A stretch of DNA of 64,000 nt from Patescibacteria group bacterium. GTDB taxonomy: Bacteria > Patescibacteriota > Patescibacteriia > UBA2591 > JAQUPP01. The notes beneath the pieces were generated by a model. It worked only from the letters and a program-made list of their open reading frames with translations. It was not told the origin of the DNA and searched no databases. The position numbers and the translations under genes were made by a program. Below are positions 9,001 through 14,650 of this stretch, in pieces. The stretch is from assembly GCA_028716665.1 (NCBI GenBank), contig JAQUPP010000001.1, positions 555,073-619,072 of the forward strand. The letters are read 5' to 3'. How positions within the stretch are numbered: the first letter of the stretch is position 1; every line of letters begins with the position of its first letter.

Positions 9001-11928
9001 AATGTTGAAGGCGTGATAACTAATTCCGGCGAATGGGAGGCCAAGAGTATTGGTAAAAGTTGGATAATGAAAGCAATTGACGGCAGCACAAGAACAGCTT
9101 GGTTTAAATGTAAAGATATTTATGGCAATCAATCCGATACCGGCGGTTCGGCGACCATTAATTACGATACAGGTTTGCCCGGAGTAGTTGATAATGTCAG
9201 TATTGCCGATGCGTCAAATGAATATGTAGAACGTTATGCGTTGACTATTATGTGGGACGCTCTTAGTACTGAAGACAATCCTGATTTTTCAGCTTACAGT
9301 ATTGAGAGATCAACTGATGGTGTAACTTATTCACCGGCAGCCAGTATAAGTGATATCACCACTTCTGTTTATACCAATATCGGTCTTTCCAAAGATATTA
9401 CTTATTTTTATCGCATTAAATCAAAAGACACGGCTGATAATTATTCTTTACCTTCAAGTGTGGTTTCTTATCAACCGGCTTCGGAAGACGATATTCCCCC
9501 GGCTTTAACCGGCGGCTCTCCGGTTGCTACTTCGCACGAAGATTATGCCTTATTCACTTGGGCGACTGATGAACCTTCTGATTCTCACGTGGAATATGGA
9601 ATTATTTCCGGGACTTACACTTCCATGCAAGGTAATGACACTCAAACTGTTTCTCATTCAGTTCAGGTTTATGGATTAAATCCTTTAACCACATATTATT
9701 ATCGTATCAGATCCAAAGATGCCTCTGGTAATCCTTTGGTTTCTCCGGAATACTCTTTTATTTATTGGCCCCCTGAACTTGACGACATTCCATCTATTTC
9801 CGGAGAACAAGCTCAATCTCCGTCGGCTGTTGGCACTGAGGTAACTATTACTTGGATTACTGACAAATATACCACCAGTCAAGTTTACTATGGTTCGACT
9901 CAAACCGGAACTTGTGGAGAACTTAGCAGCTATACCACGGAAGATACAACTTTAAATAAATCGCATACCGTTTTATTAAGAAGTCTTCCTTATGACACTA
10001 CTTATTACTATTGCACACGTTCCAAAGATACTTACGATCATATCACTTGGGGAAGCATGAGAAATTTCACTACTGAAGCAGAACCAAGTCCGGATGACAC
10101 AACCGCTCCGGTTATTTCTGAAATCAATTCGTATCCCACAGAAACGCTTTGCACGATAATTTGGACCACTGATGATTCCGCCAATTCTCAAATTGAATAT
10201 GGTTCAACCACTGCTTACGGAACTTCAAGCACTCTTGATTCAACTTTAACCGCCAAACACGTGGTTCGCTTGACTGATTTAACCACTGAACAAGTTTATC
10301 ATTATCGAATCAAATCAAAAAATGCGGCCGATCTTGAAACCGTTAGCCAGGACTATACTTTTACTCCTCAATATGTTTCTCAGGAAGTAAGAGTGATTAA
10401 TGCAGGAGGAGGAGGCAGCGCAGCTGTCCCGACCAAAGACACAACTTCTCCGGTTATCAGCAACATATCTGCGTCTTCAATCAGCGACAACAGCGCCAAA
10501 ATTTCTTGGACTACTGATGAAAATGCCACCAGTCTAATTAGCTATGGTTTAACCACTGATTACAGTAATTATGTCTTCAGTGATATGACTAGCTTAATCA
10601 CTTCGCATCAAATCACTCTTTCCAATTTGACCAAGTCCACCGTCTATCATTATCAAGTCCTATCTCAAGACGCTTCGGGTAATCTTGCTCAAAGCGCTGA
10701 CGCCGTCTTCACCACTTTAAGTGTATCGGGTGGAACCACCCCGACTCAGGAAACCACGCCTGAAACTCCGGTTACTCCGGAAACACCGGTTGAACCAACA
10801 ACACCAATTGAACCGACTCCAACTCCTGTTACCGCCATAGATCAATCTTTTGTCACGGCCATGGAAGCAGCCAGACAAATCTCCACTCAAGTTACCGGAC
10901 CGGTTCTTGAAACAACTTTCCAGAATTTCTTGAACACTTTGAAAGACATCACGCCGGGTTTGTCGCTTGAAGCAGCTCCTGAGATTGAGATCTCAGCCAC
11001 TGACGCGATTATCAAATGGAAAACAAACAAACGTTCCAACTCTCAAATCGCTTTTGCCAAAGTTGCCGATTACGACGACACCAAATCAGAACCATATTCG
11101 CAAATTGTTGGCCAATCAAATGAGAAAGAATTAAATCACAATGTTAAAATTATCAACCTGACTCCTTCCACCGATTACTATTTCCAAATTCGCTCCAAGA
11201 GCATTATCGGTTCAGAAGCAAAATCAAAAAGATATACTTTCACCACGGCTTCGCAATTGCCCGAAGTGACTAATTTCTCCATCAAAAATATTTCTGAGAG
11301 AGCAGCCACTTTTGTTTGGCAGACAAATATCCCGACTGATTCGCAAGTGAAATTCATCCCTTATCGCAACAATGAACTGGCGGTGGGCGAAGCCCAGACT
11401 GTCAGCAAATCTGATTTCAATGTGGCTCACGAAATCGCAGTCAAGAATCTTGAACCGGGCACGACTTTCAATGTTTCGCTTGAAGGAAAAGATTTGCAGG
11501 GCAACAACTATTCTTTCCTGATTCCAAACTTCACCACCACCAAAGACAAAAATGCGCCAATCATTTCGCAAATCAGAACCTCAATCGCTTTGTCATCAAG
11601 AGGCGATGAAGTCCAGACCATTATTACTTGGAATACCAATGAACCTTCAACCTCGCAGGTTGAATACCAGGTTGGATTTGGTGAGGATGCTCCGACTGTC
11701 CAAATGACCGAAGATATCAGTTTGAGACAAGAACATTTAATGGTTATTACTTCGTTTAAACCCGGATCCATTTACAGATTCAGAGTCATTTCTGAGGATT
11801 CTTCGGGCAACAAAACTCAATCAACAACCAATACTTTACTGACTCCTCAAAAGAGATTGACCGTAACCGAATTGATTTTCCAAAACTTCCAACAGACCTT
11901 CGGATGGATGAAAGGATTGGGTAAATAA
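1..11928 (+). CDS. Giant surface protein, 5'-truncated by the window edge (frame open from nt 1; track start 184 is an internal Met). About 25 LVIVD-type beta-propeller repeats, two DUF2341-like modules, a LamG/ConA-like lectin domain, a second LVIVD block, a long Fn3-like array, a Pro/Thr linker, and a conserved C-terminal three-Fn3 module plus tail.
   Basis: Frame 1 has no stop from nt 1. Repeated 'GNYAYVAD..GL.I.D.S.P..P' units match LVIVD repeats. 'DIRFYDNDG..ELDY..ETY....ATFWVEV..L....NP.IYMYYGN' appears twice (DUF2341-like). 'LDFDGADNVSVP...ISVEFWIYPKG...WTHVVATYD' is LamG-like. Many 'YYYRI(R/K)SKD..GN' Fn3/PAP-N-like units. The C-terminal 600 aa are near-identical to ORF2 and ORF3. Confidence 0.8.
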   Translation, partial: AGQVGLSKPEETITENFSSTTKRDAAQTTADWNSGTNELTLKKTITPRIVGTYDTPATAYDVAISGNYAYVVDYNQGLEIFDISTPSTPILKSKLTSVMDAYGITISGNYAYIAGNDWGFWIVDISNPLSPTLVKRYYPWGSNTLKVDVLGNYAYIAHGGEGLRIVNITDRSNPSETGFYDTTGSCYDVKVRQVGGNIYAYVADGAPGLLIFDVTNPASPVLLDTLDTENARDVYVSGDYAYVSDGNYFRILDVSTPSDIKEKSIIDTLDGTEGIDVSGNRAYLASHSYGVQIIDITDKSNPSKISMVDTPQYLTDANNSAYQVAVSGNYAYVANGNNIGLVVIDVSEPFSPNFSESLKTLSDSQGVYVSGDYAYMAEGYQGLHIYDITGDTPSYVGSYDTPGYARDVYVSGDYAYVTDSDWGLQIINISIPSAPSFVSWYNTPGTAYQVVVDGDYAYVIDATTLQIINISNKALLTLTGSYNCPDNAYGLDKVGNYVYVTGYGQNPSFSAVNVTNPASPTLAGSYNGSEYGNQAYDVKVKTVGASTYAFLASYNYGFQVLNITNLGSISRATYLYSTETSYGIRLFLSGNYAYLANERGGLEVIDISNPAAINRQQKIDVPDYVMDVMIDGDNAYMAARSSGLQKVNITRPASLSSTPTSDYGREVFVSGNYAYMAEETNSSLSIFDITDKTAPVFLSNKDLAGTYCNDVKVVGSYAYVSCYDAGLYIVDVSDPANPVYKGVYNTPSYAYEVIVDGSYAYVADYTTLQIINISDPTNPTLTGSYNCSDYAYYLDKVGNYVYITSYNQNPNLTIVNVTNPASPTLAGSLYQNDRQLNGIKVNGSYAYVAYSAASGGVAVYNISNPASISKTGQWGLNDSTTNSSFITYSNNKVYLSAGTGGLHVVDVTTAATPAYVGTFDTTNTVRGSYISGNYLYFSDYIGGLKILDISQTMGAPTLEGSLDTPGNSYRLDKLGDYAYVADYSGDLRIINVSNPASPSATGNLSLTGNSYDVKAKVQGSKTYAYVGTDQLGLQIVDATTPASPTLANSVNIGSNIYGVELNNNYAYLASDTGGLNIVAIGGTNGSDSAQESSDNETFPYKKSIALTGAGDASTNYQIMVKVGYSSAATGVNLTCSGNCQADFDDIRFYDNDGVTELDYFKETYTLGDKATFWVEVKDSLSSGQNPTIYMYYGDNDASTTSSGANTFPLFFDDFTGTTIDTGKWSETDTSSKISQSDKIVVTGGAGWGNTSLYSVSDFARADNLELLFDYKPTGGTSVMFGWKDSTSGKSYTDLIYSFYDTSDTNRIYEDNGDRGQFSGGWIANNTYKVRMPLKTGGGAKYMRSTDGGRTWVLNYDSSYSTEATEKIGFINSDAAYEIDNAFIRKVSSADPKINNYIYNAGGSDLTEQASGNGDFPYKKTIGLLGQGDAGTNYQIEIKVGYAPTTNGVNLSCSSHCQTDFDDIRFYDNDGTTELDYWRETYTASDQATFWVEVKDSLSDGENPNIYMYYGNETADTASNSANTFTETNPDTFDVGSWHMEEGSGSTTDDASANSNTATINGATWTSSGKFGNALDFDGADNVSVPSSSELSPTDAISVEFWIYPKGRYSDWGNIIYKSGSYGLNWEGWNARMRWTIGASCGGSWGGGGLPTLAYNTWTHVVATYDKNLPSNQMNMYFNGVVGETLTCTNAIPVNSNALVMKIDNNIPVDQSERLDEVKVYNRALSADEVSSLYNYNLIRTRKSSSVDPEVANTISPFTPEIISSFDTPGNAWDVKVKTIGAVTYAFVADYSGGGLRIINVTDPANPVEVSSIGSGNTFRSVDVVGNYAYLALEGSDLYIYDISNIAVPFFVGNYSIVNYEAYDIQVISNYAYLANRQGGLYIIDVSNPYRPGMVSQYNTYPDYTWGLIVEGDYAYLATYTTGLKIIDLGDLSPPVQVSTTMAVGISNAQDVAVSGNYAYVAEYNWGLIVIDVSSTSTPSIVGSAQSFGNPYAITVDGDYAYVASQNRGLEIFDISDPTAPILTKSYIWTGSGSVYDIEVIGNYAYLANYTYGIKIIDITDKYNPLLVGSAGVSGSAAGIDIQGDYAYVTDYGAYMHIFNISNKTSPQWISSYNITGGQGLVWRIAVSGDYAYVADKGYNLYIFNIADPYNIALVGTLDSDISGQSDRGALNLFVSGTRVYIADYTRGLQVIDISDPTAPYILSCIDRVKDNQLWAGAYFGGVISVSISGHYAYLIDTLRGLWIVDLDQLSETPAVNTASGGYVTDIEVQGDYTYVLANSSAGSGSTAFSVLSIFDTSTNPATLKSRIKIYDALGITVSGNYVYVANLGKGLLIIDVSNKSAPQGVGVYDSTGSTYDVAVSGNYAYLADYSGGFKVIDISTKTSPVYKTVINTGVATQRVQVKGNYAYVTDATTGFHIINITTPTSPSETGSTLPVNAHYDFFVEGSYVYVGDNTSGLTIYNISNPAAPYLVGTYDTMGNVYDVKVSGGYAYISDYGGGLLILDVSIPSSPAYVGNYISKSSTYRLFVKRNKIYLATQYHGVEVINLKTQNSNVVSTGLDTLAAPILKGSLTATDTEPTGTSITYYLSVDNGTTWEAITPDGSEYTFTAFGSDLKWKAVMTTDDSTITPTISQVVIWASTGMSNTGYLISSVFEQKSPNFAWETIEWTDNEIQTTRVKVRTDETADMATATTWTNCPYAVDEGDLGDLSSVSSTQPYIQYRLEFATSDIDETPILSDIDITSAVYATATYDYSQTNPVGWYHIDWVNSGGTDTAVKVRTKEADTQEGLDDDTWSDWVTTSGQDIREMASPTKWIRLEVQIETRKNNVSPILESLSLFYAVNVTPTVSEISAQENENGVVQISYTVLDEDSDSISTTFQYWDGDSWEDCDTTTGEGSHDVTPGLQTELTGTWNVKTDYNNQYLANSRIKIIIDDSSPYLNLGEDQSTTFVIDTKKPTTPTLSINSGAAITNSLFVTLTPACVDDSDLKVQFSNDDLTYGTVTNVEGVITNSGEWEAKSIGKSWIMKAIDGSTRTAWFKCKDIYGNQSDTGGSATINYDTGLPGVVDNVSIADASNEYVERYALTIMWDALSTEDNPDFSAYSIERSTDGVTYSPAASISDITTSVYTNIGLSKDITYFYRIKSKDTADNYSLPSSVVSYQPASEDDIPPALTGGSPVATSHEDYALFTWATDEPSDSHVEYGIISGTYTSMQGNDTQTVSHSVQVYGLNPLTTYYYRIRSKDASGNPLVSPEYSFIYWPPELDDIPSISGEQAQSPSAVGTEVTITWITDKYTTSQVYYGSTQTGTCGELSSYTTEDTTLNKSHTVLLRSLPYDTTYYYCTRSKDTYDHITWGSMRNFTTEAEPSPDDTTAPVISEINSYPTETLCTIIWTTDDSANSQIEYGSTTAYGTSSTLDSTLTAKHVVRLTDLTTEQVYHYRIKSKNAADLETVSQDYTFTPQYVSQEVRVINAGGGGSAAVPTKDTTSPVISNISASSISDNSAKISWTTDENATSLISYGLTTDYSNYVFSDMTSLITSHQITLSNLTKSTVYHYQVLSQDASGNLAQSADAVFTTLSVSGGTTPTQETTPETPVTPETPVEPTTPIEPTPTPVTAIDQSFVTAMEAARQISTQVTGPVLETTFQNFLNTLKDITPGLSLEAAPEIEISATDAIIKWKTNKRSNSQIAFAKVADYDDTKSEPYSQIVGQSNEKELNHNVKIINLTPSTDYYFQIRSKSIIGSEAKSKRYTFTTASQLPEVTNFSIKNISERAATFVWQTNIPTDSQVKFIPYRNNELAVGEAQTVSKSDFNVAHEIAVKNLEPGTTFNVSLEGKDLQGNNYSFLIPNFTTTKDKNAPIISQIRTSIALSSRGDEVQTIITWNTNEPSTSQVEYQVGFGEDAPTVQMTEDISLRQEHLMVITSFKPGSIYRFRVISEDSSGNKTQSTTNTLLTPQKRLTVTELIFQNFQQTFGWMKGLGK
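10075..11928 (+). repeat. Conserved 3' gene module, copy 1 of 3, inverted relative to copies at 53355..55200 and 61368..63210. Encodes Fn3-like domains plus the C-terminal tail.
   Basis: Protein stretches such as 'FTTASQLPEVTNFSIKNISERAATFVWQTNIPTDSQVK' are 100% identical between ORF1 and ORF2. Spot nucleotide comparison of 11236-11350 against the reverse complement of about 53940-54060 gives roughly 90% identity. Boundaries are approximate. Confidence 0.7.
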
Positions 11929-11948
11929 ATCTTAAAATAAAAAATATA

Positions 11949-12356
11949 ATGTATTTATTAATTAATAATTTGGAAGAAAGCAGAAATTATTTGGCTTTAA
12001 TAATGGACAAGTCCGCGAAAAAATATTTTTTTTTAACTTTGAAAAACAAAAGAGGACAAGACAATAATATTTTGAAAGGATTGGACAATCTTTTATCAAA
12101 AGTAAATAAAAGATTAAAAGATATTAAGGGTATTATTGTTGTTAATGGTCCGGGCTCATTTGTCGGCATTAGGGTGGCCTTGTCAGTGGCGAATACTTTG
12201 GCTTGGTTGTTAAAAGTTCCCGTGGTCGGCCTTAAGAATGGAGAGAAATTTAATTTGATTAAAATCGGAATTAAAAAATTAAACAAGAAAACAAAAACAG
12301 TCAGGCCGTTTTATGGGAAACTGCCAAATATAAGCCAACCTAAAGAGTTTTGTTGA
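11949..12356 (+). CDS. tsaB: tRNA t6A biosynthesis protein TsaB (YeaZ)-like, short form of 135 aa
   Basis: 'IIVVNGPGSFVGIRVALSVANTLAWLLKVPVVGL' matches the TsaB/YeaZ N-terminal signature (GPGSFTGLR). It lacks the C-terminal half of canonical TsaB. Confidence 0.5.
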   Translation: MYLLINNLEESRNYLALIMDKSAKKYFFLTLKNKRGQDNNILKGLDNLLSKVNKRLKDIKGIIVVNGPGSFVGIRVALSVANTLAWLLKVPVVGLKNGEKFNLIKIGIKKLNKKTKTVRPFYGKLPNISQPKEFC

Positions 12357-12409
12357 AAATTTAGAGGTTGGAAGCCGAATAAATTTTTACTACAAAACCT
12401 TTACCACCT

Positions 12410-12516
12410 TCTTTATCCCAACGATAAACTTTCGATAATCGTTAGGAATAAGGCGAAGCCGCTTCGCTTACGGCGTATCGTAAAAGGGTAGACCCCCGAT
12501 GGAGTAAAGGAGGGGG
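12410..12516. repeat. GC-rich, hairpin-rich intergenic element bounded by imperfect 14 bp inverted repeats (TACCACCTTCTTTA / TAAAGGAGGGGGTA), sitting in the same conserved sequence frame as the element at 14472..14630
   Basis: Hairpins GCGAAGC-C-GCTTCGC and ACCCCC..GGGGGT. Flanked by 'acaaaaccttt' on the left and 'gcaaaattatagttaaaaattt' on the right, the same flanks seen at 14461 and 14631. Confidence 0.5.
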
Positions 12517-12584
12517 TACGCAAAATTATAGTTAAAAATTTCGCCCCGCCAGCTGGCGGATTAAATAATTTAAATAAATTTACT

Positions 12585-13160
12585 ATGATCAATAAAATAA
12601 TGTTGCAGAAATTAAGCAAGGAATACAAAAATCACGTTTCAATGTTTTATTTGGTGAATCAGCAATCAAATGTCGCTTTGCACAAATCAAAACAGGCGAT
12701 TTTTTCTTTGCAGCGTGATCAAATCAGTGAAGCTGAAAAAAGTCTTAAAGAAGTTGAACAGATTTTTATTAAGCTTCAAGGTTCATTAACCAAGTCGCCG
12801 CAACTTTTATATGCAGGTGCTTATAAAGCGGCATTGGAAGAATATGCGGAAGCCAAACTATTTTGGCAAGCCATAAAATTCGGACAATTGAAAGAAATTT
12901 CCGAAATCAAGCTTGGTTTTGAAAGCTATTTGGGCGGTATTTGCGATTTAACCGGCGAATTGGTTAGAAAAATTGTTCTCTTGGCCACTGAAGATAAAGT
13001 TGAAAAAGCGCGAGAACTTAAAGAATTAATCACTCAAGTCGTTGGCGAATTGATTAAATTGGATTTAACCGGTTATTTAAGGACAAAATATGATGATGCC
13101 AAGAGAAATTTGAAAAAAGCGGAAGAAATATTGTACGATTTGAAAATAAGAAGCAAATAA
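12585..13160 (+). CDS. Helical protein, possibly translin family
   Basis: 'ESYLGGICDLTGELVRKIV' resembles the translin/TRAX 'G..DLTGEL.R' motif. Predicted all-helical, about 190 aa. Weak call. Confidence 0.35.
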   Translation: MINKIMLQKLSKEYKNHVSMFYLVNQQSNVALHKSKQAIFSLQRDQISEAEKSLKEVEQIFIKLQGSLTKSPQLLYAGAYKAALEEYAEAKLFWQAIKFGQLKEISEIKLGFESYLGGICDLTGELVRKIVLLATEDKVEKARELKELITQVVGELIKLDLTGYLRTKYDDAKRNLKKAEEILYDLKIRSK

Positions 13161-13164
13161 TTTT

Positions 13165-13395
13165 ATGTCATCACTCGGAGACATGGGGTCATTCTTAAAA
13201 ACAATAATAGGTACTTTTATTTTTGGCATAAAAAATGCTCCTTTGGTTTATATTCCCATTTTAATTTTTGTCGTTTTAATAATCATTTTGATTATTTTTA
13301 CCGGCAGAAAAAAATTATCAAAAACTAATTTTCCGGCAGAGCCAAAAACTTTAATGAAGAAAAAATTTCCGCCTCGTCCACCTTTTATCAAATAA
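13165..13395 (+). CDS. Small hypothetical membrane protein (one TM segment)
   Basis: Hydrophobic stretch 'LVYIPILIFVVLIIILIIF'. No recognisable domain. Confidence 0.3.
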   Translation: MSSLGDMGSFLKTIIGTFIFGIKNAPLVYIPILIFVVLIIILIIFTGRKKLSKTNFPAEPKTLMKKKFPPRPPFIK

Positions 13396-13432
13396 AGGCG
13401 TCGAGAATTTCGCTATAAGTAATAAATGTTAT

Positions 13433-14107
13433 ATGAAAGAAAATAAAAAGAGAATAAGGGCGCAAATTATTCCCGCTGTTTTGGAGAAAGATTTTAAAGA
13501 AGTTGAAGAAAAAATAAATATTTGCCGAGGAATATTCAAATTGATTCAAATTGATATTGGCGACAATATTTTTGTTAAAAATAAAACTTGGCAAAACGCT
13601 TCAGATCTTAAAAATTTTAATGTTCAAATGAATTTTGAGGTTCATTTGATGGTTGAAAATCCAAGGTTGGTTGTTAAAAAATGGTTTTTCAAAAAAATAA
13701 AAAGGATTATCTTTCATCTTGAAGCTGATAAAAATCCAAAACAAATTTTAAAATTGATCAAGCAAAAAGGTTTCCAAGCCGGATTGGCCATTAATCCAAG
13801 AACATCTTTAGAAAAATTAAAAAATATTCCGCCTGAATTGTTGGATGAAGTGCTTTTTATGGGCGTGGAACCGGGGTTTAGCGGGCAAAAATTCGAAAAA
13901 TCAATTTTGAAAAAAATTAAATCTTTCCACAAAATGTTTCCGAAAGTAAAAATAGGCGTTGACGGCGGCGTAAATCCAAAAACAGCGTCATTGCTTGAAA
14001 AATCAGGCGCAAATTATTTATTTGTCGGTTCTTATTTCTGGAAAAATTTAAAGAAATATCCTGGTCAAGAAAAGAAAAAAATAAAAGAGTTAGTGAGACT
14101 CTTTTAA
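13433..14107 (+). CDS. rpe: Ribulose-phosphate 3-epimerase
   Basis: 'IIPAVLEKDF', 'HLMVENP', 'HLEA', 'MGVEPGFSGQKF' and 'VDGGV' match Rpe catalytic and binding motifs. Confidence 0.75.
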   Translation: MKENKKRIRAQIIPAVLEKDFKEVEEKINICRGIFKLIQIDIGDNIFVKNKTWQNASDLKNFNVQMNFEVHLMVENPRLVVKKWFFKKIKRIIFHLEADKNPKQILKLIKQKGFQAGLAINPRTSLEKLKNIPPELLDEVLFMGVEPGFSGQKFEKSILKKIKSFHKMFPKVKIGVDGGVNPKTASLLEKSGANYLFVGSYFWKNLKKYPGQEKKKIKELVRLF

Positions 14108-14114
14108 AAATTAT

Positions 14115-14453
14115 ATGTATTTTAAAGCTCCAAAAAATGATTTTAAAACAATCTGGACCCGACACGCTGTTTCAAAAATGCGCCAATACGGGCTTTCGGA
14201 AAATTGTTTGAAAAAATTGCTTCGCAATTCAATTCGTCAGGAAGAGGGGATTGCGCCGGGAACTACGGCCATAATGCAAGTTTCGGGCAGCAAAAAACAT
14301 CCGACTGAAATTTGGCTGATGTATCAAAAATCAGGCGCGAAAATAAAAATTATTACCGTTTGGCGTTATCCGGGCATAAGCCCGAAAAAAGAAATACCCA
14401 TACCCGAAGACATAAAGGGCTTTGTCCAAAATTACAAGTCGGAGACGCAGTAA
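14115..14453 (+). CDS. Hypothetical protein, DUF4258-like (possible orphan toxin-like domain)
   Basis: 'WTRHAVSKMRQYGLSENCLKKLL...IKIITVWRYPG' resembles the DUF4258 pattern. No partner gene seen. Confidence 0.35.
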   Translation: MYFKAPKNDFKTIWTRHAVSKMRQYGLSENCLKKLLRNSIRQEEGIAPGTTAIMQVSGSKKHPTEIWLMYQKSGAKIKIITVWRYPGISPKKEIPIPEDIKGFVQNYKSETQ

Positions 14454-14471
14454 TTTTGGCAACAAAACCTT

Positions 14472-14630
14472 TACCGAGCACTCAATTTATTCTTTTTTTA
14501 TGTATTACGTTTATATAATCAAAAATCAGATAAAGAAAAAAATATATATTGGCTATACTGATGATTTAAAAAGAAGACTTAAAGAACGTCTCAAATCTAG
14601 TTTAGAGGAATAAATTGAGTGCTCGGTACT
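14472..14630. mobile_element. Miniature TIR-flanked element carrying a truncated GIY-YIG nuclease ORF. Perfect 20 bp terminal inverted repeats: TACCGAGCACTCAATTTATT at 14472-14491 and AATAAATTGAGTGCTCGGTA at 14611-14630.
   Basis: The inverted repeats are read directly from the sequence and are perfect over 20 of 20 bp. The internal ORF encodes 'MYYVYIIKNQIKKKIYIGYTDDLKRRLKE...'. Confidence 0.7.
14500..14613 (+). pseudogene. Truncated GIY-YIG nuclease remnant (37 aa, N-terminal GIY..YIG half only), paralogous to the intact gene at 52443..52691
   Basis: 'YYVYIIKNQ...IYIGYTDDLKRRLKE' aligns with '[28 protein letters not shown]' of the 82-aa GIY-YIG protein. It ends before the catalytic Glu region. 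Confidence 0.6.
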
Positions 14631-14650
14631 CAAAATTATAGTTAAAAATT

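Noticed and set aside
809-11771. Multiple 60-115 aa ORFs on the opposite strand or in alternative frames inside ORF1 (for example 809..1039, 1081..1398, 2107..2307, 5458..5688, 9685..9903, 11224..11571)
   Set aside because: All lie within the continuous 3914-aa reading frame, which has strong repeat and domain architecture. They are low-complexity shadow ORFs with no motifs.
12413-12628. 71-aa minus-strand ORF overlapping the tsaB-downstream intergenic region
   Set aside because: It overlaps the GC-rich hairpin element and the start of the 12585 ORF, and has no motifs. It is more likely non-coding structured DNA or RNA.
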